Part shown: piece by piece, positions 62,960 through 64,000 of the stretch
Numbering within the stretch: position 1 is the first letter of the stretch
Layout of the letters: each line of letters opens with the position of its first letter
Source: Hypanus sabinus
Lineage: Eukaryota
Assembly: GCF_030144855.1 (NCBI RefSeq)
Contig: NC_082736.1
Coordinates: 9,300,001 to 9,364,000 of the forward strand
Length of the DNA stretch: 64,000 nt
Direction: 5' to 3'
Translations under genes and position numbers: made by a program
Notes under the pieces: model-generated
What the model saw: only the letters and a program-made list of their open reading frames with translations
What the model was told of the DNA's origin: nothing
Database searches by the model: none

Positions 62960-64000
62960 AAAAACAAAAGCATGAGTGGACTTTCGACTTTGGAAATAAG
63001 AGATAGCAACAGGGTAAAAAGAAATAGCTGAGAAGTTTAATAAGTACTTGTCTTTTATATTGAGGGTACCAACAACATTCCAGAAATCCGAGAGGTTCAG
63101 AGACGAAAGGGCGTGTAGTTGCCATTTCTAAGGAGAAGTTGATTGGGAAACTGGAAGACCAGAAAGGAGATGTCACCTGGAGCAGATAGGACTACACCGC
63201 CGGATTGTGAAAGAGGCAGCAGATGAGATTATGGGGCGTTAGAAATGATCTTTCAAGAATCACTGCTTTCTGGAATGGTTCAGAGGAATAGAAAATTGTA
63301 AACGTCATGACATTTTTCTAGACGGCAGGGAAACAAAAGACAGGATGTTACAGACAGATTAGCATGGCTGTTGTGTTTGGGAAGATGCTGGAGTCAAATA
63401 TTAAGGTTGAGGTTTCTGGGTGCTTTGGGGCAGCTGTTAAAATATGAAGAACAAAATTGGTTTTCATGATGGGAAATCTTTCCTGACATATCTGTAGGAA
63501 TTATTTGAGGCATAATAAAGAAAGGAGAGCCACGGGATGTTGTATACTTGGATTTTCAGAAGAAATTATTCAAGTTCCACTGATAAGGCTGCTAAACAAA
63601 ATTAGAGCTCAGGGTATAACAGGAAAGATACGAGCATCCAGAATATATTGGTGGCTAGCTGGGAGGGAAAGGCTGGGAGTAATTATGGCGTTTTCAGTCG
63701 CTTGCCGATAACTGTGTTTTGGAGAACGCTTTGTCTTGTACGTTATACATCAATGTTCTGGATGACGAAATTGATGGTTTTGCATGTGATAGAAAATGAA
63801 ATGGAAGGCTTGGTAAAGCAGGAAGTTCGTGGAAATACTTGGACAGATTTGAAAAATAGACAGCTACATTGCAGATGGAATACGAAGTACGGTAGTGCAG
63901 AGTTATACACTTTGGTAGAAGAAACAAAGCTGTAGACTATCTTCCAAACGGGAAGCAAATTCTTAAATCAGTAAGCAAATGGACTCGGGAATTCTAATGC
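62960..64000 (+). mobile_element. Degenerate CR1 LINE RT fragment
   Basis: AEKFNKY, DVVYLDFQK, LLNKIRAQGITGK remnants. Confidence 0.75.

Overview
Vertebrate genomic DNA, most likely a cartilaginous fish such as a ray (inferred from the CR1/Rex1/Penelope repeat landscape and the histone N-tails). Most of the window is transposable-element debris. It contains many CR1 and Rex1 LINE fragments, Penelope-like elements with hammerhead-type terminal repeats, a Nimb/I-like LINE, two Tc1 relics, a Gmr1-like Gypsy element plus a related solo LTR, a young non-autonomous BEL/Pao element and a near-complete CsRn1-clade Gypsy element. The host genes are a decaying replication-dependent histone cluster at 23-50 kb (H2B, truncated H2B, truncated H2A, frameshifted H1, deleted H3, H4) and a C2H2 zinc-finger pseudogene. 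A ~4 kb inverted segmental duplication brackets the cluster. Highlights: (1) a complete -1 frameshift cassette (slippery heptamer plus H-type pseudoknot) between gag and pol of the CsRn1-like element; (2) an orphan histone-type promoter copied into that element's 5' LTR region; (3) minimal hammerhead ribozyme motifs; (4) an inverted H1 box exactly 354 nt upstream of the H1 box; (5) a repeated orphan promoter module (PBX/PREP, E-box, CRE, RFX X-box). All calls were made by eye without database searches, and boundaries of old repeats are approximate.
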